DNA from: Felis catus
Lineage: Eukaryota
DNA: 64,000 nucleotides
Assembly: GCF_018350175.1 (NCBI RefSeq)
Contig: NC_058369.1
Span: forward strand, 28,088,001 to 28,152,000
Direction: 5' to 3'
Part shown: one piece after another, positions 39,933 through 53,920 of the stretch
Numbering within the stretch: the stretch's first letter is position 1
How the letters are laid out: each line of letters starts with the position of its first letter
Position numbers and translations under genes: made by a program
Notes under the pieces: generated by a model
What the model was told of the DNA's origin: nothing
Seen by the model: only the letters and a program-made list of their open reading frames with translations
The model's database searches: none

Positions 39933-40157
39933 GGGGGGCTTTGTGGGCTCAGTTGGTTAAGCGTCCAACTTCGGCTCAGGTCATGATCTTGCCGTTACTG
40001 ACTTCAAGCCCCACATCGGGTCCTGTGCTGACAAGCTCAGAGCCTGGAGCCTGCTTCTGATTCTGTGTCTCCCTCTCTCTCTGCTCCTCCCCTTCTTGCT
40101 CTCTCTCTCTCTCTCTCTCTTTGAAAATAAACGTTTAAAAAAAATTTTTTTTTAAAT
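39933..40157 (+). mobile_element. SINEC
   Basis: SINE body, (CT)n, tail. Confidence 0.93.
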
Positions 40158-40258
40158 AATCAACTGCGTAAGTGTTACGTAGTGGGACCTGGCACGTGAC
40201 AAGTGTTTAATTATCATGAGGTATTTGTAGTAATTGTTATCCTAACAAAAGTCAACTT

Positions 40259-40477
40259 AAAAAAAATTTTTTTTCAACGTTTATTTATTTTTAGGACAGA
40301 GAGAGACAGAGCATGAACGGGGGAGGGGCAGAGAGAGAGGGAGACACAGAATCAGAAACAGGCTCCAGGCTCTGAGCCATCAGCCCAGAGCCTGACGCGG
40401 GGCTCGAACTCACGGACTGCGAGATCGTGACCTGGCTGAAGTCGGACGCTTAACCGACTGCGCCACCCAGGCGCCCC
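40259..40477 (-). mobile_element. Young SINEC_Fc-like SINE
   Basis: CpG-rich near-consensus copy; perfect TSD acaaaagtcaactt. Confidence 0.96.
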
Positions 40478-43400
40478 ACAAAAGTCAACTTTAATTCTGC
40501 ATTTATTGTGACTGTGCCAGGTACTGTGCTAAATATCTGAAAAATTGGTATTATAATGTCATACCCTCCAATCCTGAAAACACACTTGGTAAAATAATAA
40601 ATGTTGATGTAGGAGTGTTTATTAAATGGTCACATATATAAGGCACATATACAAGACATAAAATGTTTATCAGGACACAATGCTGAAAACAGTAAATTAA
40701 ATTCCTCTTACTCCATTAAGAATGCTTTCCTCTAAAAAGTTCCTGATCTTAAGAACCAGGCAATCTCATACGTAAAGACAAAGCTGTTTTATCCTTGCCT
40801 TCAGACAAAACACACTCAAAGGAGGCGTGGCTAAAACCGATTACTGCTGGCCAGGCAGACCACTGGAGCCAAGACTGCCACTAATTGTGTCCTGCTATAG
40901 GCAGGAAAGTGAAAGAGACACACGGCACTTCAAATAAATCAATTTCCTTTATTAGCTTCCTTTCTTTATCGCTTGCTTTTACTGTATGTTTTGTGGATCA
41001 AGTTAATCATTTTCATGTAAAGATCAATCTCAATATGTGCTTTCACTTGAAAGTTATTATCAGATTTTGTGGTGAAGCCAAATTCTAGAGAAAAATGGGA
41101 ACTTATACACTAGACTTGTTTCCTGTGGCCCAACCCTTCCATGGGTTTTTTATAAAAGCGCCCAAAAAATCATCTTATCCACTGTTAGCAACTGCTGCTA
41201 AAGATGTGCCCCTCCCAAGATTATCACATTTCCCAATTCAGGCCAAACTGGATACTCTTTCTTTGAAATCTGAACCTTGATTATGGTAACCAAAAGACTC
41301 AAAAAAAATATATAGAAATTGTTTCTTGCAATGTTTCTGGAGTCCTCAGAAGACTGCTGAGTAGCACTTGCTGTTTCTAACTCCAAATCTAGGCTACATC
41401 CTGTTTATTCCCAGGTGTCATTCTCCCATCTCCTATAATCTGTACAGTAAACTCAAGAGACTGACAATAAATTCCTTTTTTTGCTTGAACTAACTAGACT
41501 CTACTTCTCTTTGCTTATAACTAAGACAACACTAATCGTTACTGGTAAAGATACTGGACTACTGAGGATACTACAAAACTATTAATATGAACCTTCAGTA
41601 AGGAAATGATATTTCTGTTCTTCCTCTACTTAATCTCTTACACACCTTGTGCCTCAGTTCATAAGTGTATGGGAAAAAAATGTTGAGGAAGCCTTACAAT
41701 CAGGGACGCTTAGGAAGCCACAAGAGTTGTTACTACGAAGTTTCCTATATATCAGGTTACCTGAAAACATAAGCAAGTGATTCTATCTTTTTTCATCTCT
41801 TGAAATTTACCTAGATCACACACTTATTAAAGACAATTCAGGGAAACGTGAGTTAAGAAAATTATCCAAGATTACACAATATTCAAGGGTAACATACATA
41901 TTTAAATATTTGTCTATATGTATAAATAAATACATACCCATATATTTATCTTAATAATACCATTACATTTCTTTTCCCTTTGATGAATTAATTGATCCAT
42001 AATGAGAAGAGTTTCATAGAACTATTACCAGGACCTGTAGAAGTCACTAACAGCAAAGGTCATAGCTCAATTTTCACGTATCAGTGACACGCTAAATAAA
42101 GGTGCTACTGATGACAGCAGATGCCTCATTTTAAGGTATCTAAGAGAACTTTCTTCAAGTTTCTTGCATCAGCACCTATTAGGTAACTTTTTGAAAATAC
42201 AGGCAAGTTTATACGTGCACACGTATGGATATACACAGGCATATTTATTATGCAACAATCTAGCCTACATTTTGTTCTAAATAAAGCTCATCCTGGGTTC
42301 CTTCCCATAACTCTCAGCCCACATTTGCCTACTGGGCATCTTCTAGAACAACTACCTACATCTGTAACACTGAAAAGAATATAGCTCTCCCGGTTTACAA
42401 TGTGGCAAGAAATTCCAGTCAAAAGAAGTGAACAAAAAGAATGAGATTTGCAGAACTTCACAGACACATAACAGAAAAAGGCGAAAGCAAGAAAAGCATG
42501 GAAAAGTCATGGGAAGACTGAAACGAGGGAGATGAAGAAAGAAAAGTTAGGGAGAAAGAAGGATGGCAAGAGTTGAGACTAGGAATAACTGATTGAAAAT
42601 GAAGGTCACTAATTTGTACCAGTGTATCATTTATTTATTAGTTTGGTACTTCCTAGTATCTACTGGAAATTGGAAAAATAGGACTTCAATATTGATTCAG
42701 TCCTATCCCGGCACCTGACTTCAAAGGAAAGATCAATTCCTATTATTGAAGATGGGCTTTTTTTTTTTATGATCCCAAATGACTTTCCTGAGAGTATTTA
42801 GAAGAGTTACTTTCCATAGATTTAAGAGTGCACATCCGTTAGCTGATGATAACAAGGAGTTTCCTAGCACAAGGTGAAGGCCATGGATCTCCAAGTCTGA
42901 TGTCAGATTCTCGGGGCTCAAAAGTCAGCACTGCAACTTATTTCACAATTAGGTGGCTTCTGCCAAGTCCCTAGTAGGTCCCTGAGCTTCAGTTTCCTTC
43001 TTTGCAAAACAGGGTAATACCTACTTCACTGGATTCTTATTAAGATTAAATATGATAGTGTATATTGTAAAATTAAATCATGAGCCCTAAGTTTTTTTGT
43101 TTGCCTTGACTAAAATTATAATTAAAACCACTGGCCATTAATTTCAGAGCCGTTAGTGAAAAACTTCTAGTAAAAAAAATTGTTGACCCAAAGGCTATCG
43201 TAAATTTAAGTCCTAGACTAATCATAACCCTGTGTTTAGAGAGAAAGAAGTCTAAAGACAAGTCAAATTTAAGACAAATTTATAATTTTCAAGTTCTTAT
43301 AAAGTTGAATATTTGCTTAATTCAGTTAACCAAAGATGGCAATGACCTATGTACAAATTGAAACACTTGCTTTAATAAACAACAGCAGTCAGTCTGTAAC

Positions 43401-43957
43401 CTTGGATGGTGGATATTTATGAGAAACCACATTTATTGGAATGTTTGTTTTCTTTCTTTTTTGTCACAGAGTTTTGTTATTTAATCTGTAATAACCACTA
43501 AAATCTCAATGGTCTAGTTGTAATTTACTCAAGCTGCATAACGATCAGAACATTTTCTTGCTGTTAGTAAAACATCTAAAGTCATCCTTCCTTGGAATAA
43601 TGAGTTATTTTGCAGTTAAAATAAGTAAGAAATGAACAGATTATTATCAAACCAATGCAACCCCCCCCCCTTTCACAATAATACAATTTATTTAACAATC
43701 CTAAATACTCCTATGGAACACTAAACTATTTTAGGTTTTCGGTTGAATGTATCTTTGAAGAAGTATAAGAAACATGCGCCAGGTTTGAAAAAACAAATGC
43801 ATATACAACCCATATGGAGATGGACACTATAAATAAAGTTTAAAAAGCTTTCAATTTTAATAATAAAAACATTCAATTTTAAACAATGGGAAAATTGAGG
43901 AAAAACAACACCTTAAGAAAAAAAATGCCATTTTAATGTTTAAAAATTCTGACAATA

Positions 43958-44175
43958 GGGGCGCCTGGGTGGCTCAGTCAGTTAAGCGTCCGACTTTGGC
44001 TCAGGTCACGATCTCACGGTCCGTGGGTTCGAGCCCCGCGTCGGGCTCTGTGCTGACAGCTCAGAGCCTGGAGCCTGTTTCAGATTCTGTGTCTCCCTCT
44101 CTCTCTCTACCCCTCCCCCGTTCATGCTCTGTCTCTCTGTCTCAAAAATAAATAAAAAACGTTAATTTTTTTTTA
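43958..44175 (+). mobile_element. Young SINEC
   Basis: CpG-rich; TSD aaattctgacaata. Confidence 0.95.
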
Positions 44176-44969
44176 AATTCTGACAATAAATGTCAATTTA
44201 AGGAAACAGAAGCAAACATAGGATAATCCAGAATACTAAGAATCCATTACTATTTAGCTCATTGATAAGGTACAATTAAAAATGATCAGGGATGTGAAGT
44301 TTCGATACAGCTGCTCACCAGCTGCATGTAGAGAGAAAGGCAAGTAGATCCTGGGCATTTCTGCCCAATTTAGGTGAGGTTATTCACCACTGGTAAGGAA
44401 ACAGGAATCCATGGTTAACCAGAGAGTACAAAATGGCAGATAACTTTGGATAATTTGTAAGCCTCTCTGGAGTTCAATTAAATACTGAAGAAGAGAAAGT
44501 CTACATCAAAAGGAGACAAAAAGGAGACAAAACAACTGATCACACTGGGCACTTTTAGTTACTACTCTGACATAGGCTGATTTCATTCTCACCAAGCAAT
44601 TATCCATGTATTCTCACAAGGTCTTAGTGTGGACAAAAGTACTGAAAGAAATTCTTTAAAATACATTAACTGACAAAAGATAAATTCATAAAGAGTTCAA
44701 ATCATTTTTCTTACTTTAAAAATAATTGACATAAGCAGACAATACCTTATGGATGACTATTTAAAATGCATACAAGTTACTTTACACAAAACTGTTAAAA
44801 GGCAGAGTTGAATTCCTTATGTAGGATAAATAGTATATCCTTCATGTCATTTTATAAACTCAAGCAAGTTAATAAGTAATTTTCCTGGAAAACTATTGAA
44901 TAGGACAGAAGATTCAAGATTTTAAGATTAATTTCTTAAACATTACTTACGAGGTTTATAAAACTGAAG

Positions 44970-47098
44970 TCAACAATACATTGAAAGCATTATACACTAT
45001 GATCAAGTATGATTTATTCTATGGATGCAAGAATGATTCAGTATCCACAAATCCATTACATGATACCTCACATTAACAAAATTAAGAATAAAAATCAAAT
45101 GATCAATAGATGTAGAGAAAGCATTTGACAAAATTTAACATCCATATATGATTAAAAAAAAAAAACAACTCACAACCAAGCATGTATAGATGAAACAAGC
45201 CTAACATAATAAAGGCCATGGACAATAAGCCCACAGGTAACATCATACTTCACAATGAAAAGCTGGAAGATTTTCCTCTAAGATCAGGAACAAGATAAGG
45301 ATGCCAATTCTTGCCACTTTCATTCAGCATAGTACTAGAAGTCCTAGCCAGAGCAATTAGGCAAGAAGAAATCAAAGACATCCAAATTGGAAAGGAAAAA
45401 AATTAAACTGTCATTCTTTGCAGATGACATTAAATAAAGAATACCCTAAAGGCGCCATCAAAAAAAAATGTTAAAATAAATTCCGTAAAGTTTTATGCAG
45501 GATAAAAAACTATACACAAAACTATGTTGCATCTCTATACACTAGTAACAAAATACCAGAAAGAGAAATTAAGAAAACAGTCCCATTTACAATTACATCA
45601 AAAAGAATAAAATACCTAGAAATATATATATAACCAACTAGGCGAAAGAATTGTATATTGAAAACTATAAGGCATTAATGAAGGAAACTGAAGAAGACAT
45701 AAATAAATGGAAAGATATTCCATGCTCATGGACTAGAAGAATGAATACTGTTAAAATGCCCATATTAGCCCCCCAAAATTTACAGATTCAATGCAATTCC
45801 TTTCAAATTTTCCAATGGCATTTTCACAGAACCAGAGCAAAGAATCCTAAAATTTATATGACCACAAAAGACCTTAAAATAGCAAAGCAATCTTGAGAGA
45901 GAAGAACCAAGCTGGAGACATCACACTCCTTGATTTTAAACTATATTACAAAGCTATAGTAATTAAAACAGGCTGGTACTGGTATAAAAGACAGACACAG
46001 AGATGAATGGTATTGAACAGAGAATCTAGAAATAAACCCACACATACATGGTCAATTAAGTTATGGCAATGAAGCATAGAATATACAATGGGGGAAAGGA
46101 CAGTCTCTTCAGTAAATGGTGTTGGGAGAATTTGGCAGCCACATACAAAAGAATGAAACTGGACCACTATCTTACGCCATACACAAAAATTAACTGTAAA
46201 TCAAGATAAAAAAACTTAAACATAAGACCTGAAACCATAAAACTCTAAGAAGAAAATATAGGCTATAAGCTACTTGAATTAGATCTTGGTGATGATTTTT
46301 TGAATCTGACACCAAAAGCAAAAATAAACAAGTGGGATTATATCAAAGTAAAAAGCTTCTGCACAGCAAAGAAAACCATCATCAAGAGGTACCTGGCTGA
46401 CTCAATCAGTAGAGCACAAGACTCTCGATCCTGGCATCTTGAGTTCGAGAGTTTGAGCTCAACATTGGGCTTAAAAAAAAAAGAAAAAAGAAATAAAAAC
46501 CATCATCAAAATGAAAATGTAACCTAGTGAATGGGAGACAATATTTACAAATCCTATGTCTGATAAGGGGCTAATATTTAAAATATATAAAGAATTCCTA
46601 CAACTCCAAAAGCAAATACTCCAGTTAAAAAATGGGCAGAATATCTGAATAGACATTTTTCCAAAGAAGATATACAGATGGCTCACAGGTACATGAAAAT
46701 ATGCTTAACATCATTAATCATCAGAGAAATCTAAGTCAAAACACAAGGACATAGCACTTCACACTTGTTAGAACAGCTGTTATCAAAAATAAAAAAGAAG
46801 TATTTGCAAGAATGTGGAGAAAGGGAACCCTCAGGCACCGCGAATGAGAATGTTAGGTGGTGCAGCCACTTTGGAAAACATATGGGGATTCCTCAAAAAA
46901 TTAAACTACAACTACCATATGACCCAGCTATTCCACTTCTATGTATTTACCCAAAGAAAACAAAACCACTTACTTGAAATGATATATGCACCTCCATGTT
47001 TACTGTAGCATAATTTACTGTAGCCAGGATATAGAAACCATTTATGTGTCCCTTGGTGGATGAATGGATAAAGAAGATGTGGTATACATACATATATT

Positions 47099-47139
<41 letters not shown>

Positions 47140-47400
47140 GCACGCGGAATATTATTCAGCTATAAAAAATGAGGGAATCCTACCATTTGTGACATAAATG
47201 AACCTTAAGGGCATTGTGCTAAGTAAGTCAGACAAATAAAGACTAATACTCCATGATCTCTCTTATATATGGCATCTAGAAACAAAAACAAGCTCACAGA
47301 TATAGAGGACAGACTGGTGGCTGCCAGTGGCTGGCAAGGGTAGGGTATTGGTAAAGAGCTCAAAAAGTAAAAACATAAAAATTAAAAAAAATTAAAACAC
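44970..47400 (+). mobile_element. 5'-truncated L1 (decayed ORF2 RT/C-terminal region + 3'UTR)
   Basis: ORF2 remnants ([53 protein letters not shown]), ttgcagatgacat at the FADD motif; frameshifted. Confidence 0.95.
46386..46495 (+). mobile_element. Short tRNA-derived SINE nested in the L1
   Basis: tRNA-like head, polyA, perfect 14-bp TSD aaaaccatcatcaa (46372 and 46496). Confidence 0.85.
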
Positions 47401-49677
47401 CAAGAAATAAGAAAGAGGTTCATATATACAGGTGGGCTTCTCTTCTCATACGCATTCTGCTTGTTTAGTGACTCTGTCTAAATACACACACTGTGGTTCA
47501 AGATGTTTCTTTTTTCCTTTGTGGAGCAAAAAGAAAATTTAGTTTTAGTAAAATACAGTTATGTTCCTGTCAACTGCTGACTGTAGGATCCTGAGGCAGG
47601 CAGGAAAACTTAGGCAGTGTGCCAAAGGTCCCTGACAGGAGCTGGGGAAGCATTCACTGCTCATACGTAAACCTAAGATGTTCTGCTACTTATGTACATG
47701 TAATGGAATTTCTATAAGGACCTAAGTTCCAGAGTCCTCTGAATTACAAGACACCAATGCCAATATTCTTTACAAATCAGAAAAGTCTGAAACTAGTTCT
47801 TATATCTGATTAATTGGTTTTCCCTGATCTCTTCAATGAGACATTTTGCCTCCTACTAAGAAGGAAAGCTATTCTTATTTCTTATTTCAACTTGGAAATT
47901 ATCAAAGAAACCAGCATCTGCTACGGGGGGTGGGGGAGGTGGGTGGGAAATGGCACATTATTTTTGATGACTTCCCCTTCTCTAACAAAATAATCTGCCC
48001 ACTGTGTCCAGAAGGACAATAATCCTACTACAATAGTTGGGGAGTAGAGACTCCCAGGAACAGAGCCATTCACAAAAACTCTGAACAAGTGCCAAATACT
48101 GTAGGGTTCATACAGCCACTACTAATTACAAGGTATATTGTATTCCTGGACCTAATGGAGACCCATTGGCTGAACTTTGTGCATTATGTCCTTCCAGCTG
48201 AATGTTGTTTACTTGCCACATAATGCAAATGACAGGGAGGAGGCTGCTCTATTTTGTGATTGTTAAGGGAAGAATTTAAAGGTATGTTTTAGAGCAGGTC
48301 AGGAAAAATGTGTCAGATAGTGGTTACGGAAAAAAAAATGCTTTCAACAAACTTCACATGTTGTATAATTTAGGATAAAACACAAAAGACCTAAACGTCC
48401 CACCATTAATATATTTGAGTTGGATTCACCCAACGATGCTAAAATCTCTAGTGGAAGTAGTTTCCAAGGAGGTGTGAATCTGACTTTTCCCTCTGGAAAA
48501 CTGCAGGATGACTCCATAGGAGAGTCACATTGGAACATGTTCTAAACATTTCACAAAAGCATCTTATATTTATTATTGGGGGGTGGGGACTTTTTCATCT
48601 GAATTATGTCCAATTACATGATTTTAGCCTGGAATGATTATCAAAATAAAATGAGCAAAGTTTCTTATCATTTAAGAAGAATCCGTAGAGTGGGGAAAGG
48701 GTATGTTTTAGCTTGCACTCCTCCTACTCCATTAGCAGGTTCTTTTCTCAACACTGAACAAGGACCAAAAAAGAAAGACCAGTTTCACATTTAGTCCCCT
48801 AAAAGATCCAGTCTCCAACACCCTTCTTTCTGCCAAGATTTAAATTTGATTTTTAACGTGGCCTCTGGTACAAATCTCTCTCTGCCGTGCTCCTAGTCTC
48901 TCCCGAGATCATGGGAACTGTACCCGATATTTGTCACCTGTAAGTGCCATACACTGAGCACCAGAGAGGAACAAGGTCCTCTGCAAATCTCATTCCATCC
49001 TCACGGACATGCCAGAAGGTAGCTGTTATCTCCACTTGACAGATGGGCAAACTCTGGCCCAGGAAGTGAAGAACCCAGGTCAAGTTCTCTCACCTTAGAA
49101 GGGGTTGCTCAGAGATTCAAATCCCTATCTAACCTCTCAAACCCATGTTGTTGCTGCTAATGATGAGAGGAAAACAAGTAGATTTTTAGGAGACAGGAAG
49201 CTCTTTTACCTACAGGCAGCAAATAAATTTCACCACCTCTTAAAGGAATATATGAAGCACAAATCAGAGGGGAAATGCCTACTGAACAGAAGGGACTGCC
49301 ATCAAAGAGTTGATAAATTCAGAAACAATTCAAGTGAAGGAAGCATGGGAGGGAAAGACATAGGGCTGGGAGGTAGGGGAGTTGGGGGAGAAACACCAAG
49401 GAAAACAAAGGCAGACCTAATGGAACAGCTCTGAGTTTAACTACAGGAAAGAGCATAGCTAAGAATACTGGAGTTAGTAGGACAATAGAGCTAAAGATCT
49501 TGATCAAGAAGTACCATGCCAACTCCATGCCTAGCTGCCAGAACCTAATGTGATACATGTCAATTCCTTCCTGGGCACATGTTAAGTGAAATGAACACTG
49601 TCTCTGTCTCGAAATTGAAATATCTATAATGGTAAAGACAATGCCACTGGATTTGAAAGCTTGCTGAGTAAGTTGAC

Positions 49678-49680
<3 letters not shown>

Positions 49681-49725
<45 letters not shown>
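49681..49725. repeat. (GT)n microsatellite
   Basis: Perfect dinucleotide run. Confidence 0.98.
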
Positions 49726-49729
<4 letters not shown>

Positions 49730-50157
49730 ATTCTTATAAACTGTTTACAAATTAGTTACAAAACTGATAGTGTGTGGTTGTCTACATCAATAATAAAAAA
49801 GCAAACAAGCAGAAACATAAAGCAGATCAGAAGAAATATAACCTCAGTCACTTTCTATTAACTGATCATTCACTCATCCATTTGCTTAAATATTTATTTA
49901 ACATCTACCACATGCCAGGCACTATGTGACATGCTAGGGGATATATTGGTGAATAAAATAGATATGGCTTTAGCATTACAAAGTTTATGATCTACTTAAG
50001 AAAACAGAAATAAATATATAACTACAAATGGTAGTAGAGTATGAAGGGAACAAACTGGGTGCTGTGATAAACACTAGAAAGACAGGTGAGGGGACCAGGG
50101 AGGGAGATACTTAGATAAGGTGGTCAGAAAAGACCTAGGAGTTAGAACTCCATAATC

Positions 50158-50345
50158 CAGCTGGTTCTCAAATAAGCATGCATCAGAATCACATGGAAGG
50201 CTTGTTAAACAGATTGCTGAGCCTCACCCCAACATTTCTGATTCAATAGCTCTCAAGTGATGCAAAGAATTTGTGCATTTCTAATGAATTCCCAGATGTT
50301 GCTGATTCAGATGCCACTATACTGGGAAACATACTTTGAAAACTC
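50158..50345. mobile_element. MER5A-like MITE
   Basis: ggttctcaaa...catcagaatcac...cttgttaaacagattgctg...tttctgattca...actttgaaaac. Confidence 0.8.
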
Positions 50346-50914
50346 ATCCAGAGCTAGGTTAGAAGGTGAGGCAAGGAAGCTATGGGTGTCCTCACAAATG
50401 ATTAGTGATAGTACCAGGGCCCAAATCAAAATCTGTCTAGGACTTAGAGTCAGTCTACTTAGGACTGTTTTTCTTGCTAAGGGAAGAACCTCTACTATCC
50501 TCCTCTAAGCTAAGAACTTGTAAGAAATTCCATCAAGGAATAAAAAGAACCTACTTCAAAATCAAACAATGTATTTTACAAGGCATTCCTAAATTAACAC
50601 AACATCCATCATCCAAAGAACTTGATGTTATCACAGAATATTTAACAGAGAAGATAAAAGAGCCCAAAGGGTGACAGCTACCTTTAAATATGTGACATTG
50701 TAACAATTATGGCAAAGAAGGTATTCCTGTTAACAGAGAGGATATGAGCTTATAATTAACCATAAAAGGAACTTAAATTATATGTAAAGAAAATATCCTT
50801 GACCTTACATGGTTTGAAATATTTTACTGACTTCCAAAAAAAAAAAAAAAAAAAAGACATTCTTCGCTAGTATTTTTAAGAATAGAAAGCCATCAGAATT
50901 TTGAGGGTTTGGTG

Positions 50915-51092
50915 GTTGGTTCTCAGATTTTGCCCCCAAATCATCTGGGAATTTGCTAACGGGGAGATTTCCAGAACAACCCTCAGAACTTCTGAATGAT
51001 TCATAGGATATGAAGCTCAAGAATTTGCATTTTGGTAGACATCCCCAGACATTCTGCTGCTGGTAGAGTAAGGATCACAGTTTGAGAAAAGT
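50915..51092. mobile_element. MER5-like MITE
   Basis: ggttctca...aatcatctggga...aagaatttgcatttt...gatcacagtttgagaa. Confidence 0.6.
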
Positions 51093-51223
51093 GTAGGTAA
51101 GGGCTGGTTCCCTATAAAGGGAAAAATTATCTCAAAATTTGCATTTGACAGAGGTGCAACTGTTATGGAAGGACTATTATACTCCAGGGACTGTTCTGGG
51201 CATATCTTAAAAGCACCTCCTCT

Positions 51224-51444
51224 GGGGCACCTGGGTGGCTCAGTCAGTAAAGTGTCCGACTTCAGCTCAAGTCATGATATCGCAGTCTGTGAGTTCGAGC
51301 CCCGCATCGGGCTCTGTGCTGACCGCTCAGAGCCTGGAGCCCGCTTCAGATTCTGTGTCTCCCTCTCTCTCCGCCTCTCCCCAACTCACTCTCTATGTCT
51401 CTCTCTCTCTCTCTCTCAAAAATAAATAAACACTAATTTTTTTT
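51224..51444 (+). mobile_element. SINEC
   Basis: Typical; TSD aaaagcacctcct. Confidence 0.95.
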
Positions 51445-52532
51445 AAAAGCACCTCCTTTAACGTTGAACAGTATTGTCATTCATATTTAAGCAAGCAATG
51501 AAAAAAGTGGGACCTAGCAAGGCAAAAAAATTTGGCCAAAGTCATGTAGCAAATAAGTTCAAGAGCCAGAATGTGGACTGAAGGCTTTGCCTCCAATAAT
51601 AGACCTGCTTTGACTACACTGAGCTCATGATTGCCAGCCTCTGCGATACCACAACAATCATTAAGTGATTTCTGGCACTCACAGGTTCTCCTAAAGTATT
51701 AGGTGATACAGACTTCTAAATCAAAGAGAAGCAAGATTTAACTATGCCCTGAGACTTTAAAGGCCCTTTGGCTAACTGAAAATTTTCACAGGTGCTGGAC
51801 AAGCAAGGACATGGATCAAAAACAAAAATCCTAGCTTAATGTTTTTTTCCACTAATAGTATGCTTGACACTATTATCCTACACTGTTCAAAGAAACAGAG
51901 ACTAAACACCTGCATTAAAAAAAAAAAAAATCTGTGCCTATCATAGAGGAGCTGTGTGAAAGTGCGTAAGTGATTAACCTCTCTGAGCCTCATTTTTCTC
52001 ATCTATAAAGACAATATTAATACTTACCTCAGGGGTTGCTGCAGTGCTCTTATCAAATAGCATGTATGAAAGACTCAGCATAGTACCTAGCACAGAGATG
52101 TTCTGTAAATGGTACTCTTACTTCTTATTTATTAAGTTAGGACTTCAAAGAGGCATGTGATGAGGTTAAAAAAAAAATAGAGAAGACCCACAAAAGACCA
52201 AGAAACATGAAAAGATGAGACCCACTATATTAGAAGTAGGAAAAGGTAAAAATTAACTAGAGCAGCAAAATGCCATCTTCCCTCATAAGAGCATATAAGA
52301 GGCAACTTTGATTTTATATATATGTGTATATATATATTATATATTATAAACATATATACGTGTGTGTGTATGTATATATATATATATATATATAATGGTA
52401 ACGAGATAGAGAAATAAGTATTGTCTCCTACACACTGCAAATTTATACAACCACTTAAAGAAGCATTTGGCAGTTTATTAAATTTTTAATGCTATGATAT
52501 AGAAATTCTCTTTCTTCTTACTGACCTTACAA

Positions 52533-52870
52533 CAGAAGTCAGTAAACATTTTCTGAAAAGGGACAAATAATAAATATGTTAGGCTTTGCAAGCCTACCAG
52601 TCTCTGTGGAAACAACTCAAATGAGTCCTTATAGGTAGAAAAGAAGCCACCAATGATACGTAAATGAATGGTCATGGCTGTGTCCCAATAAAATTTTATC
52701 TAAAAACACTGATATTTGAATTTCATATAATTTTCTCATATCAAGAAATAATATTCATCTTTTTATTTTTTTCAACCATTTTAAAAATGTGAAAACAATT
52801 GTTAGCTTGTGGGCCGCATTAAAACAGCAGTGGGCTGGCTTTGGCTGAGTGGCTGGTGTAGCTGTGGAAA
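52533..52870 (+). mobile_element. MER58B-like hAT-Charlie element
   Basis: aaatatgttaggctttgc...aatgaatggtcatggctgtgtcccaataaaa...tttgaatttcatataatttt...ttagcttgtgggccg. Confidence 0.8.
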
Positions 52871-53114
52871 CCTAGAAACAGCCATCATTTCATGAAGAGG
52901 GAATTGTCCAAACTAGAGTATACCAGTAGTCTGAAATGCAATGCTAGTAAAAAAGAATAAAATAACTGTAAAGATACTAATGTAAAAGACCAACTATTCA
53001 CGGAAAAAGTTGCAGTTCCAAAGTAGGATTCTATTAGCTAAAAACAAAGGCAAAAACAATCCAATTTAGCAATGTTCTATGTCTTCCACTGAAAATTCTC
53101 CTGGCATGCAAATA

Positions 53115-53695
53115 CAGTAAATCCTTGGTTTGCGAGCCTAATTTGCGCTGGAAACATGCTCGCAATCCAAAGCACTCGTATATCAAAGTGAATGTCCCCA
53201 TAAAAATAATGGAAACTCAGATGACTCATCCCACAACCCAAAAATATTCATATAGGAATGATTACAGGACTGTAATAGAATACAAAATAAAGAAAATACA
53301 AAATATAAAGAAAAATAAACAAATTAACCCGCACTTACCTTTGAAAACTTTCGTGGCTGGTGTGAGGGAAATGAGAGAGGAAGGTTATTGTGTAAAACGA
53401 CTTAAACTATCACTAAGGAAATCACTGCTGTCTATTGGCCCAATGCAATCTTTTTCTTTCCATGCAACTTTAACAAGTAACCTATCCAATGACTTAGAAT
53501 GAAGCAAAGTATTCCTAAGCTTCCTCTTGTATGGAAAAGCAAAGGACTGTCCATAGGTGCTTTGAAGTGACAAAAAAAAATAGACTAGTGCCAGTTGTGG
53601 GCACCTTCCAACATTCTGAAAAATCAATGATTTCTGCGAAACACCATGGCCTGAGAACTAGCATCCAAGCATGAGACATGATCATCCGCAATCCC

Positions 53696-53752
<57 letters not shown>

Positions 53753-53920
53753 AATCCACCATTGGCTCAGTTGAGATCACATGACATTCAGGGTCACATA
53801 CTACTTGTATTGCAAGACATCACTAGCTTATCAATTTTATCAAGTTATAATTTATTAGAAATGTTTGCTCATCTGTGGAATACTTGCAGAACAAGTTAGT
53901 CAAAGTCCAAGTCTTTACTG
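53115..53920 (-). mobile_element. Non-autonomous Tigger/pogo-type DNA transposon
   Basis: TIRs cagtaaatccttgg / ccaagtctttactg (12 of 14 match), TA on the left flank; minus-strand peptide SLDRLLVKVAWKEKD resembles the Tigger transposase C-terminus. Confidence 0.8.

Noticed and set aside
43470..43624. Plus-strand acceptor/donor pair
   Set aside because: Isolated, very AT-rich and opposite to the inferred host strand
45651..47135. ORFs with real protein similarity
   Set aside because: Fragmented L1 ORF2, not a host gene or active element
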